Positions 11,353 to 23,325 of a stretch of 32,000 nt of DNA are shown here, piece by piece. The position numbers and the translations under genes are program-made. Origin of the DNA: Wallemia ichthyophaga EXF-994 (Eukaryota; Fungi; Basidiomycota); assembly GCF_000400465.1 (NCBI RefSeq), contig NW_008806283.1, positions 180,001 to 212,000 of the forward strand. The letters run 5' to 3'. The notes beneath the pieces are model-generated. The model ran no database searches, was not told where the DNA came from, and saw only the letters and a program-made list of their open reading frames with translations. How positions within the stretch are numbered: the stretch's first letter is position 1; the number at the start of each line of letters is the position of its first letter.

Positions 11353-12569
11353 TTACTATTACCACAATGATCTCCAAACTTCTCAGTTCAGCAATCATAG
11401 CCTCTTCTGCACTTGCATACCCAGCGCCCCCAGACGGTGGCGTGGGCGTTTCAGGTGACGAACTCCCTGAGTACACCCCAATGTCCGACTTTGACACCGC
11501 CAGCTTTGTCGTTGGTGTTAACCAGGAGTTCCTGGAGTTAGACCTCTTTCACAACATCCTCGCATCATTTCCAGACGAGGATTTCGAAGCTGTTGGCATT
11601 GACGCATCACAGAGATATTACATCCAAGAAATGGCTGAGCAAGAGGTTGGTCATGCAGAGATGATCAACAACATTCTCGCGTCGGTTGGACAGACCTCCC
11701 AACAGTGCTCATACAAGTACCCTTACACTACTGTGAGAGAGGCACTTGCGTTCGCAGAATACATCACTAGATTCGGTGAAGCAGGTGTCTATGGTTTCCT
11801 TCCTCATTTGGACTCTCGCCCAATCGCTCAACTTGTGAGTAGACATTGTCTTGCTAATGATTTTTCTGATGAAACATAGCTTCTCCAAAGTATCACCACT
11901 GAGGCCAAGCAAGAAGTCTCTATGGCAATGATGGCGGGTGAATTCCCACAACCATACTGGTTTAACATGGGTAGGAAAATTCTCATCCAAGGATTTTTAA
12001 GCTGATTAATTCAATACAGGTCTCACTCAAGCTATGGCTTGGAGCTTGTTGGTTCCTTACCTCGACAGCTGCCCAGAAAGCAACCCAAGAGTCGAGTTCC
12101 CAGTCTTCCCAGCTTTGAATGTCACCAACGCCAACGCGACGCTCGACACATCTATCGAATCCGCTGTCAGTAATAACTACACACACGTAGCTCAACCTGG
12201 CAGACAGCTCGAGCTGCAATGGGAGGCACCAGGTATGGCTGTTGGACCATCAGAGCAAAACTACACCACCGATAAGAACCCAGATCTTGGTGACCCATCG
12301 CACGTCGCCTTCATTCACCAACTTAATGTCACATATGCTCCACTCGAAAACATCGACACTGAGGCCATGACAGCTACCACTATCCACCCAGACTTTATGA
12401 TGTACGGCAAGGGTATGGGCGTTAATGGAACTGTCTTCATCGCAATCACCGACGAAGAAGTTCCAGTCACACCATACAACTTTAGCTTACTCAACGATCA
12501 CGTCCATGCATTTGGACCATACTTTGCAGGTATCTGAGCGATTTAAGCAATTGCTGCTAGAAATCTTGA
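11353..12569 (+). repeat. Left arm of 1217-bp inverted repeat (partner 21517-22733)
   Basis: Base-by-base comparison with the reverse complement (position p pairs with 34086-p): no indels; mismatches only at 11359, 11387, 11612, 11678, 11885, 12432, 12564. Confidence 0.98.
11367..12537 (+). CDS. rds1: Secreted Rds1-type ferritin-like (Ferritin_2) protein, copy A (358 aa)
   Basis: Exons 11367-11834, 11880-11970, 12020-12537. Signal peptide; YPAPPDGGVG, SDFD, NQEFLELDLFH, MAEQEVGHAEM (ExxH), TRFGEAGVYGFLPHLDSR, QSITTEAKQ match the fungal Rds1/ferritin-like family. Confidence 0.88.
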
Positions 12570-12795
12570 TTTTATAAATCTTAAAGACACAAACTATGCT
12601 TGTATGAATTGATGAATTATTGATGGTCTCTGCGTATCTTTTTATTGGAATTAGTGAAACTTTTCTCATCTTTAACACTCATCGGGAACACCAGAGAGAG
12701 CTATTTCAGCAACTGAATAAACAACAAAGAAAGGTAATTTATAATAAAAGGTTTACAACGGCAGAATGCACGTAACTTTTTATCTAATTTGTACA

Positions 12796-14294
12796 TTATT
12801 GCTTTGGTAAATCGTTCAAGGATGTCAAAGGAGAAGGAGGATCGTGGATGTTGATCATTGGAGGCATTTGTTGAGGGAAATGAGCTTGGGCTTGGGCTTG
12901 AGCTTGAGCCTGCAATGATTGAACTAATTGAACAGAAGCAGTGGCTGAGATATTCGACATCCAAATTCGAGTTTTAAAACCTCTAAAAAGTTCTCTAACT
13001 AATTCTCTAAAGTCTATCCTTTGTTCGGAAATGAAATAAAAGGTTAATTTGCGTCTATCCCATTGGTATTCAGCGTCAATAACTTCCATTGGCAAGTTCC
13101 TTTGTTTAACTTTTGAGATACAGATTTGCAGGGCCTTTGATTCATCTTGGCGCTTAGTAATCAACAACTGAGTATCAGAAGTGGAAGCCTTGGCAAATAT
13201 TTTCTTTGGTTGGAGGTCTTTAGAGACGGTCTTGAGAGCTTCAAAAGCAGGGTTGTGATTGTTGTGGGTAGCAGAAGCAGCGGGTAATTGATGAACGGAG
13301 GATGTTGGTGAGGGAGCATCATCCAAAGGAGAAACAGATATAGAAGGTCTTGAAGTGGGCATAGAAAAGTCTGAGTGGATGGGATGAACAGACTGCCCAG
13401 ATTGAGAAAATTGGAATTGGTTCAAGTCTTCGATAGTGAGGGAGTCATTTGTAACTTTACCAAGATCCTTGCCCCTGTCAGCTTCAACAATGACGAGGTC
13501 ACCAAAGTGTATATTCGAAGAGAGGGAAGTGTCTAGAGAGTAAAATAAGTCGGACCTTTAAAGTGGGGTTAGTGACGACATAGAAAAAAGGAAAGAACGA
13601 ACCTCGCAGCCTTGAATTCAACGATGAAGAGGGTAGTAAGGGGAGGAATGCTAGACGTGGGAGTGCCTTTGCCGAGATCATTGAGACTTGACTGCGGTTG
13701 CTGGGTCTGAGACTGAGACTGGGATTGAACGTCAAAAGGGAAAAATCTTGGCTGTGTGGGAGAAGAGAGAGGAAGAGGAGGCAAGTTGAAAAAGTGCGCA
13801 GGAGGATGGTTTTGAATTGGGGAGAGTTTGGGGAGGATTTGGTTGAAAGGATTTCTTTGGTTGAGCTCGAGACCAAGCGCGCTGTTGTCTAAAGGTTGTA
13901 GACTTGGGGGGAATTGAGAAGAGAGGGGGGAAGACTGAGAAGCAAAGTCAAATCTGGAGCCCCGCCTTTCGTTGTTCAAGTTGAAGTTGTCGGAGGATGA
14001 TTTGTGGGTGATCGTTGGGGATGACGAGTGGGGGTCTGGAGCTGCAACTTGACCTGGACCTGGACCTGGACCTGGAGCCACGTAAGAAGATCTATGCTTG
14101 TTTATTGGCTCGTCATTCAAATTCAAATTAAAAAAGTCGAGCTCAGTCGTGTTGGCCAGCGTGGGTCTTCTGTACGAATCTTGAGAAGGCTGCGTCGGGC
14201 TATCGATCATAGAATGCCTCCTCAAAGAAATATCATCGATTAATAAATTTTTATTATTAAATGGAGATTTGTTTGAAATATCATTCTCAGCCAT
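12796..14294 (-). CDS. PSP1: PSP1 C-terminal-domain protein (~483 aa)
   Basis: Exons 14294-13603 and 13555-12796. FIVEFKAARSDLFY, GDLVIVEADRGKDLG, MEVIDAEYQWDRRKLTFYF...RIDFRELVRELF...TRIWM; low-complexity N-terminus. Confidence 0.9.
12884..12907. repeat. (GCTTGR)4 coding hexamer repeat, Gln-Ala tract of PSP1
   Basis: Seen directly; translates to QAQAQAQA on the minus strand. Confidence 0.85.
14051..14074. repeat. (GACCTG)4 coding hexamer repeat, Pro-Gly tract of PSP1
   Basis: Seen directly; PGPGPGPG on the minus strand. Confidence 0.9.
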
Positions 14295-14325
14295 ACTCGT
14301 TTGTTACCAACGATAGCTGCTGTCA

Positions 14326-17264
14326 ATGTCAGCGTAAGTATATTAATAAATAAAATTTAATTTTTATAATTAATTATTACAGCTACTCGAGACACGCCCC
14401 TACAAAGGCTTTTGGTTTAATATTTAATTCCCCTTCCAACGTACACTATCAAACATCTACAAAGCTAGCATATCTCCCTGCACTTGAAGATGTACTCGTT
14501 TGGGATATTAAATCTGCTACTCTTCAATCTGAGTGGCATGAGACTGGCTGTACAGCTCAAGTTACCCAATTATCCCCAAATCCTGCCAATAACTCCTTCG
14601 CTGTCGGTTATAGTGATGGCTCTATTAGAATTTGGCAGAATAACGCTGCAAACATCACTTTCAACGGCCACAAATCTCCTATCACCTCTCTTGAATGGGA
14701 CTTTGAGGGTATACGCCTTATTTCTGGCTCAAAAGACACAAATATCATCGTTTGGGATACTTTGGCTGAACAAGGTCTTACTCGTTTAAAAGGTCACAAA
14801 GATGCTATAAACACACTCCATTTCATCTCTCAAAATCATTTAATCTCCACTTCAAACGATACTTTCATCAAGCTATGGGATCTTAACACTCAACATTGCT
14901 TACAAACTCTAATTGGTCACAGATCCCCTGTCACCACCTCTACCTTAACAAGTGACCTCTCTTTACTCGCTTCTGGCTCTTCCGATGGTGAAATTAGACT
15001 TTGGTCTATTAACCACGAAAATCTTCATGAGGGCTTGTCTCAAGATGATAATGGCGATTTCATCAAATTCATCAACCATATCTCCACCCTTCCAACTCAC
15101 ACTATTAATAGAAAACGCATCTCTCAACTCGCTTTTCACGATTCCTTACCCTTCTTAGCCATTTTATCTTCTGATAGATCTCTCGAAGTTCTCAGATTGC
15201 GTACTGAAGAAGAAATCAAGTCAAAGATGGCTAGACGTAGACGTCGCAATAAAGATAAAGGAAAAGCTACTCATGATGATTCTTCTGTCATTAACGTCAC
15301 CATGAACGATAGGCTAACTCCATACTTGGTCGTCCATTCTCACTCCAAGATCAAGTCTTTCTCTTTTCCCCCACTTCCTTCTAATTTTGATCCTAAAGCT
15401 CCTGCACAGGTCCTTTTAGCATTAGCCAATAATGCTGTTGAATTGCATGCCATACCAGCACCAACCAAGAAGACCGCTGATGAAAGGGAGCCTGAAGCTT
15501 ACCGCCTTCACTCTTTAGATCTTCCCGGCCATAGAGCTGATATACGCGCACTTGCTCTCTCCTCTGATGATCAGTTGTTAGCCAGTGCATCCAATGGCCA
15601 ACTCAAGGTGTGGAATATGAAAACTCAAGCCTGTCTGAGAACCATAGACTGTGGCTATGCCATCTCTGTTGCTTTCCTCCCAGGCAACAGGTCTATTGTC
15701 ATTGGTACAAAGAGTGGTAACCTTCAACTTTATGATTTAATTTCGTCAACTCAAATTGCAGATGTTGATGCCCACGACAATACTATCTACGCCATTGACA
15801 TCGCACCATCAAAAACTTCACTCGTCACTGCCTCTGGCGATAAAGATGTCAAATTCTGGGATATCACTGAAGTTGAACGTGACTCTGATGTTGTCGAAAA
15901 TCAAAAAGTCAAGTCTGTTGGCATTGTGCACACCCGCACACTCAAAATGACCGATGAAGTGTTGGCTGTTAAGCATTCACCTGATAACCGCTACATAGCA
16001 GTATCACTCTTAGACTCAACTGTCAAGATCTTCTTCAATGATTCACTGAAATTTTATCTATCACTCTACGGACATAAATTGCCCGTATTATCCATGGATA
16101 TCTCACACGACTCGAAACTCATCATCACCTCATCGGCTGACAAGAATATTAAAATTTGGGGTTTGGACTTTGGTGACTGTAGGAAATCTCTTTTTGGTCA
16201 TGATAGCAGTGTGATGCAGGTTCAATTCGAAGCCGATTCTCATAGATTTTGGTCCACATCCAAGGACGCAACCGTTGCTTATTGGGATGGTGACAAATTT
16301 GAACAAATTCAGAAATTGTATGGACATCAAGGTGAAATCTGGGCATTGGTTACATCCAAAGACGGTCAATTCTTGGTAACAGGCTCACACGATAAGAGTT
16401 TGAGAGTCTGGGAAAAGCTCGACGAGCCTTTATTCTTAGAAGAAGAGCGTGAAAAGGCTTTGGAAGAGTTATATGAAGCGGATCTTGCTGATGAGGATGT
16501 TGGCAAGGACCAGAATGATCAGGTTGAAGCTGACAACGTACACAAAGCAACAAGCGAGACGTTGATGGCTGGTGAAAAGATTATTGAAGCCATCGAAATA
16601 TCTGACGAGGATATTAATGCATTGAATGACTACAATAATCTTTCTCAAGTAGATAAGGATAAGGTTGGTGGACCACCCACCCGCCATGCACAGTTTGTCG
16701 CACTGGGTAATCCAACTCCTGACGAATACTTGCTCAAGTTTGTACTTGAGAAGATTTCTCCACCTGATCTTCACGATGCTCTACTCGTTTTGCCTTTTAG
16801 CCATGTCATTTCACTGTTGCGTTATCTCGAAACATGGTCCGAAAAGGTGTGTTATGTTTGAGAAGTATCAAGAGTAAGCTGACAAGAAAACATAGGGATG
16901 GAATATCGGATTAGTCGCGCGTATACTTTTCTTCCTACTCAAGACCCATCACCACCAAATTGTAGCAAACAGAGTGATGAGAAACACAATGATAGGGCTA
17001 AAAAAGTCACTTAGGAAACGCTTGAATGAGCAGAAAGTGAGTTGCTGTCTACGATTAAGGAAATACTTTACTTACACATAACAGTCTGTTGTTGGATTCA
17101 ATCTTGCAGCTCTCAAAGTGATCAGACGTGCACACGACGCTGATCGCATTTCCAAATACTTAGAGGAGGAGGATATGGATGAAGAAAGAGCGAACCAACG
17201 TCTCAAAGCTGAGGAAGAAGCCTTGATGAATGCAGGTAAAAAGAGAAAGAGGATAATATTATAG
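14326..17264 (+). CDS. DIP2: SSU processome WD40 protein Dip2/Utp12 (WDR3) (~930 aa)
   Basis: Exons 14326-14333, 14383-16846, 16896-17036, 17085-17264. Spliced start MSAYSRHAPTKAFGLI; LPGHRADIRALALSSDD; LSLYGHKLPVLSMDIS; DLHDALLVLPFS; C-terminal Utp12 domain GFNLAALK. Confidence 0.95.
14361..14368 (-). promoter_or_regulatory. Candidate TATA box (TATAAAAA) for PSP1, inside DIP2 intron 1
   Basis: Minus-strand TATAAAAA ~67 nt upstream of the PSP1 ATG, within a 49-nt intron containing only 4 G/C. Confidence 0.4.
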
Positions 17265-17326
17265 ACTAATTGTACAAAACGTAGACTTCTAATTTATATT
17301 ATCATTGCAATTTTAGATCTAACGTA

Positions 17327-17757
17327 TCAGACTAGTCGCTGTGGTTGCGATTCCTCAATCTGTGCTGAATCAGATGACGTCTTGCGCTTTGATTTGAGTT
17401 GTTGGAGCTGAGACTTAAGGCTCTCTGGATCCTTTGCAGGTTTCTTAAAATATTTGTGAGTGATTTTGCTTGTAAACAGCAGTCAGCCTACATTTGTATC
17501 TTCTTCCTTAGGCCAGAATGTCGTTTTTGCCTGCATTTAAAGATCAGAGTGAGTAACTAGGTGTGTGTGTGTATAATCAATCTCACAGGCTCAATGTGCT
17601 TGTCATACCACTCAGGATCTCCAAAATGGTACATGAATGCTATTGGGAAGCTGCCAATACCATCAGCTTAAGCTGGGCGTATAGTGTCACGTCGATAAAT
17701 TAACACTCACAAGAGATAAGCAGCGAATTTGAATATTTCCAAGTTGGGTCCACCCAT
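17327..17757 (-). CDS. PET100: Cytochrome c oxidase assembly factor Pet100 (88 aa); missed by the ORF track
   Basis: Exons 17757-17711, 17650-17587, 17530-17492, 17443-17327 give MGGPNLEIFKFAAYLFFPIAFMYHFGDPEWYDKHIEPAKTTFWP...QRLV*. Confidence 0.92.
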
Positions 17758-17806
17758 CCTACAGCGTATTCTTCCTAATCGACGGCCAAGTCCAAGGGGC
17801 TAGATA

Positions 17807-19500
17807 ATGACAGACATTGATACAGACTTTAATAGTATTTCACTGCTATCCAATCATAACAAGGAAAATGCCATGACTTCAATTGCTATACCCAAATCAT
17901 CCACTTCTCTAAAAGATAACGATATCGATGATAGCAACCATAATGAGAGGAATGAGAGTTCGCCAAGAGGCAGGCATACAAAAATGCGTTCCTTGAGCAA
18001 TCCCGCATCTGATTTGGATACGGATACTGGCTTGTTGTTACGCAGAGTTGATGAGACTGCCTCTACATCAAGGAGGCATTCATTACATAAAGGGAAACAT
18101 AATATTATACACGCTATCGAAGAAAACGATAAGGGCTCTTCTGATATCGACTGGCAGTTCTGGGGCGAAGTGATGGCTAGTAAGTCTGAGACATTTCGGT
18201 GAGATATGCCTGACAGGTGTGCGTTATAGACTACGAGGACGTAGCTCATAACCAACCGCATGCGCTCTCCAAGGCTATTCAGAAGGGTATACCCAAGGAA
18301 TTACGCGGAATGTTGTGGCAGCTCATGTGAGTAACGTCATTGATGTGATTATCGTTGTTGACTATTATGCTCTAAAGGAGTAGCTCCAAGAACCCAGATC
18401 TAGAAGCATTATACCAAGAATACCTAAAGTTGTCATCAGTAAATGACAAAGCGATACATAAAGATCTTTCACGCACATTCCCGGCGTTGGAGTACTTCCA
18501 GGACCCAGATTCAGTAAATTGGCTTTTCAACGTGGCCAAAGCTTACTCACTTTATGATGTGGAGTGTGGATATACCCAGGGAATCCTATTCGTTATAGGT
18601 CCTCTTCTGTTAAATGCGCCAGATGAAGAGGCCTTTGGACTGCTAATCAGATTAATGCAATCTTATGATCTGCGTGGTCACTATCTACCTGAAATGCCTG
18701 GTTTACATTTGAGACTTTTCCAGTTTGATAGACTATTGGAAGAGTTTTTACCCATGGTGTACACGCACCTCACTAAACAAGGTGTCAAATCTTCGATGTA
18801 TGCTTCTCAATGGTTTATGACACTTTTTTCGTATCGCTTTCCACTCGACATTGTCTACAGGATATTCGACAACATATTCGCTGAAGGTATAGAGGCTATT
18901 TTTAGGTTTGGCATAGGATTGATGAAAAAGAATGAAGACAAATTACTGTCTCTGCAATTTGAAAATATAGTCGACTTTCTCAAAGAGGGAATGTTGGAAG
19001 CATACAGAATACCACGAGATACCACAACTAGGGCAGGATCAGTGTCACTGCAGGCACCTCTACTCAGAGGGACATCACACAGCTCACCACACTCGAGTAT
19101 AAGCGGAAGCGTCTCCCCCAGACTAGCTACTTCAGCGGATAGCGGTGAATGGGACTGTGATTCATTAGTCTCAGATGCTTATGATGTCAAGATAACACCA
19201 TTCCAACTAGATTCTTATGCTTCTGAATGGGCTGAGACTTGTTACAATGTCAACAAACACGCGCATGAAGTCGATGAATTGAGACTGGCAAATAGAGGTC
19301 TGTCTTCGCAGATAAAAAAACTGGAGGCTAGTCTTACGCAGATCAACGGAGAGCATTGCGAGCTGGTTAAAACTCTCGTCAATATAAGAATCGAGAAAGA
19401 TGAGATGGAGGAATCTCTAATCAACAAGCTAGTCAGGGCACAGATGGAGAAGGCAGCAGCAGAGGAGGAGCTTCAACGCATGAGAGAGCACATCAGGTGA
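17807..19500 (+). CDS. GYP5: TBC-domain Rab GTPase-activating protein, Gyp5-like
   Basis: Exons 17807-18179, 18230-18326, 18378-19500. IDWQFWGEV, GIPKELRGMLWQ, IHKDLSRTFP, GYTQG, YASQWFMTLFSYRFP, then a coiled coil. A further intron 19497-19548 is possible, moving the stop to 19558. Confidence 0.9.
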
Positions 19501-19761
19501 TAAACAAGAAAATCAAAATAGCAGTTTCTAATTTGTTTCAATTTCAAGGTCTCACTGATATGGTAAGTGGTAAAATGAAAATTTAAAAAATTGTATGAAA
19601 GTGGAAATGGAGAGAACGATTGTAATAACGCAGTTTAAATTAAAAGCCTTACGATTTTTGCTTAAATTAAAAATATAAAATCTCACGGCGTTCACTCGCT
19701 AAGACGAATCCATCGATCTTTCCTAAACTTAATTTATCGTTCAAAAAATAAGATTGTTTAG

Positions 19762-21203
19762 ATGACGGCAGCTGGCACATCTAGCGGCGAGACACCAGCC
19801 GCATTAGCTGAATTAGTAACTCAAGTGTCTCCAAATTCCCAACCGCAGAGGAATACGCGTCAACCTGTTCGCAAGACTAAGAAAAAGAAACAGCCTGCTC
19901 CCAGTGAAACTGAGAAGAACATCGGCAGTCACGAGAATACCAATAAACAGCCCCAACAATCGTTATCGACTTCAGAAAATGACGCTCAATCACCCCATAC
20001 TGAACAGCCTCCACAAAGACCCGAGCAGATTCCTACAACAGCGACAAACAATGGTTAGTGTTTATCTTACATAATTATAGACTCAAATTTACCAAATACT
20101 CACTAGTAAAAGAAGAAACTCAGCCAACGAAAGAACCTTCCAAACCAGTACCCAAACAGCGCAAAAAGAAGTCAAAATTATCTTCATTCTTCTCTTCCAT
20201 CGTTCCATGCGTTGGAGAATCATCAAGAAATCCAGCGCACGACATTTCATCGAGTGAGGCACCACACAAAACACAAAATCAACCGTCAGCATCAACATCA
20301 CGGCGGAAGTCTAATAATAACATAAATAACTCAAGTACAGTAGACCTTAGTCAGAATAATGAAGATGATATACCACCTGCTACGCCAGTCATACCTTCTC
20401 AAGGAGTTGATATGCCTCTATCAGATACAGCTGGATTGACCTCAGGAGCTGTTATGCCCCCCGGAAAAGAATTAAATCCACCAACACCATCTCGTCAACC
20501 ATCCACTCACCAACACCACGAAAGCGAATCTTCTGAGGAAGAGGAAGAAGAGGAAGTTGATGAATTTGAGAGTGAGCTGGCAGATGAGGAGCGCATAATC
20601 GCAAAAGGTGGAATGGGTATACCAGTTGGTGAGGATGGTCAACCTAACCCTCTTTTACCTCCTTTAATCACATCAGACAATGGCAAAAAGTGCTTAGTTT
20701 TGGATTTGGATGAGACTTTAGTGCACAGTTCATTTAAATTAATTCAGCATGCTGATTACGTGGTACCTGTTGAAATTGAGTCGCAAACTCACAACGTATA
20801 CGTGATAAAGCGCCCAGGAGTTGATGCTTTCCTTAAGAGAATGGGTGATTTGTTTGAAATTGTCGTATTCACAGCTTCACTATCTAAATACGCCGACCCA
20901 GTATTAGATATGTTGGATATCAACAGAGTAGTCAGGCACCGATTATTCAGAGAAAGTTGTTACAATCATAAAGGAAATTATGTCAAGGATCTCTCACAAT
21001 TAGGTAGACTGATCAACGATAGTATAATCATCGATAATAGCCCTGCATCTTACGTATTTCATCCAAACAATGCAGTACCAGTTTCAAGTTGGTTCAATGA
21101 TCCTCATGATACTGAATTGACCGATTTGTGTCCTTTCTTGACAGATTTGACAGCGGTTGATGATGTTAGAGGCATATTAAATGGTACTTTATTAGCTTCA
21201 TAG
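19762..21203 (+). CDS. PSR1: Psr1-like FCP1/SCP (NIF) HAD phosphatase (~462 aa)
   Basis: Exons 19762-20053 and 20107-21203. [17 protein letters not shown] (DxDxT), [39 protein letters not shown]. Confidence 0.93.
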
Positions 21204-21516
21204 TCTTTCAGTTCCCTACCTTGACACAGTTCATATTCAATATTTTTCAATTTACATTCAATTAGATTTGCATTCATAATACTTGGTCAATCAACACATT
21301 CCACAGCTCTCAAAATGTTATAACTTTAGTTAAACACAATCGAATCATTTGAAACACCGAAACCAGTCATTGCTACTCCTTTCACTTCTACAATTTGTAA
21401 TTCTTTAATTCCAATTACATTAAAACTTCATCCAAATTCTAAAGCGATTTCAAATGCGTAATCATTCATGAAAGTACAAGCATAGTCATTGCTCCCCAAA
21501 GACGTGTCATTTTCAT

Positions 21517-22733
21517 TCAAGTTTTCTAGCAGCAATTGCTTAAATCGCTCAGATACCTGCAAAGTATGGTCCAAATGCATGGACGTGATCGTTGAGTAAG
21601 CTAAAGTTGTATGGTGTGACTGGAACTTCTTCGTCGGTGATTGCGATGAAGACGGTTCCATTAACGCCCATACCCTTGCCGTACATCATAAAGTCTGGGT
21701 GGATAGTGGTAGCTGTCATGGCCTCAGTGTCGATGTTTTCGAGTGGAGCATATGTGACATTAAGTTGGTGAATGAAGGCGACGTGCGATGGGTCACCAAG
21801 ATCTGGGTTCTTATCGGTGGTGTAGTTTTGCTCTGATGGTCCAACAGCCATACCTGGTGCCTCCCATTGCAGCTCGAGCTGTCTGCCAGGTTGAGCTACG
21901 TGTGTGTAGTTATTACTGACAGCGGATTCGATAGATGTGTCGAGCGTCGCGTTGGCGTTGGTGACATTCAAAGCTGGGAAGACTGGGAACTCGACTCTTG
22001 GGTTGCTTTCTGGGCAGCTGTCGAGGTAAGGAACCAACAAGCTCCAAGCCATAGCTTGAGTGAGACCTGTATTGAATTAATCAGCTTAAAAATCCTTGGA
22101 TGAGAATTTTCCTACCCATGTTAAACCAGTATGGTTGTGGGAATTCACCCGCCATCATTGCCATAGAGACTTCTTGCTTGGCCTCAGTGGTGATACTTTG
22201 AAGAAGCTATGTTTCATCAGAAAAATCATTAGCAAGACAATGTCTACTCACAAGTTGAGCGATTGGGCGAGAGTCCAAATGAGGAAGGAAACCATAGACA
22301 CCTGCTTCACCGAATCTAGTGATGTATTCTGCGAACGCAAGTGCCTCTCTCACAGTAGTGTAAGGGTACTTGTATGAGCACTGTTGGGAGGTCTGTCCAA
22401 CCGACGCAAGAATGTTGTTGATCATCTCTGCATGACCAACCTCTTGCTCAGCCATTTCTTGGATGTAATATCTTTGTGATGCGTCAATGCCAACAGCTTC
22501 GAAATCCTCGTCTGGAAATGATGCGAGGATGTTGTGAAAGAGGTCTAACTCCAGGAACTCCTGGTTAACACCAACGACAAAGCTGGCGGTGTCAAAGTCG
22601 GACATTGGGGTGTACTCAGGGAGTTCGTCACCTGAAACGCCCACGCCACCGTCTGGGGGCGCTGGGTATGCAAGTGCAGAAGAGGCTATGATTGCTGAGC
22701 TGAGAAGTTTGGAGATCATTGTGGTAGTAGTAA
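21517..22733 (-). repeat. Right arm of 1217-bp inverted repeat (partner 11353-12569)
   Basis: Reverse complement of 11353-12569 with 7 substitutions and no indels. Confidence 0.98.
21549..22719 (-). CDS. rds1: Secreted Rds1-type ferritin-like protein, copy B (358 aa, identical to copy A)
   Basis: Exons 22719-22252, 22206-22116, 22066-21549. Five synonymous differences from copy A. The ATG at 22719 is preferred over the ORF-track start 22746 because homology begins just upstream of it. Confidence 0.88.
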
Positions 22734-22768
22734 AAGAAAAATGCATTACTTCTTAAAGGGGTCTCGGC

Positions 22769-22790
22769 AAAACATGCAATAAGTTCACCC
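22769..22790 (-). promoter_or_regulatory. Conserved upstream element of ferritin-like copy B (GGGTGAACTTATTGCATGTTTT)
   Basis: Counterpart of 11281-11302. Confidence 0.5.
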
Positions 22791-23325
22791 ACTCAGACAT
22801 CAGTCCGGGTAAAAGTTGGTAAAAGCTTTCCGGATGAAAGGATGTCTGTGATTGCTGTATCGAGTAGCGACGTTATTTAATAATGATCCCCTGATCAGTT
22901 ACGTCACATATATCACGTTTCGAATTCAATTGTTAATGTCACCCTTCGAATTCGATTGTGATAGCCAAGAAATCCTGTTCTATTCCGAGACACATCTCTG
23001 TCACAGTCGGATGTGTATCGTATATTAGCACGAGTAGCAATCGAGTAAAAGTAGCTTTTAGCTCTTCAGAAGGCCGTAGAAGGGCAGTAGCCTAGACTCT
23101 GTTGCCATCCAATCCTTTCCAAGATTATTCATCAGCCACGCTCAATCATTAACGAATAGGAAGACAATTAATTAAAAAAAATCTTACTATTCGTGGATCT
23201 AGTTAGTGTCTAGTTTTATTCTGATTATCTAGATGTAAGCTGTTGTTCTGTTCAACGTAGTAAGCTTGTTTTTGTTATAAATCAAAACATTCCAATGTAA
23301 ATTTCAATCAATTATTAAACCAAGC

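Noticed and set aside
11835-11879. Intron 1 retention would give a 170-aa product ending exactly at the acceptor TAG
   Set aside because: Expected by chance for a 45-nt phase-0 intron ending in TAG; no evidence of function.
12530-12560. Possible third intron GTATCT...GCTAG across the ferritin-like stop, giving different C-termini in copies A and B
   Set aside because: Only 31 nt (all other introns are 44-60 nt), weak donor, and the family normally ends at this position.
12570-21516. Interpretation as a mating-type locus or composite transposon
   Set aside because: No pheromone receptor, pheromone, homeodomain/HMG gene, transposase, recombinase or target-site duplication is visible; the arms are ordinary host genes.
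22720-22746. Longer N-terminus MHFSFTTTT for copy B from the ORF track
   Set aside because: Outside the conserved region, absent in copy A, and precedes an already complete signal peptide.
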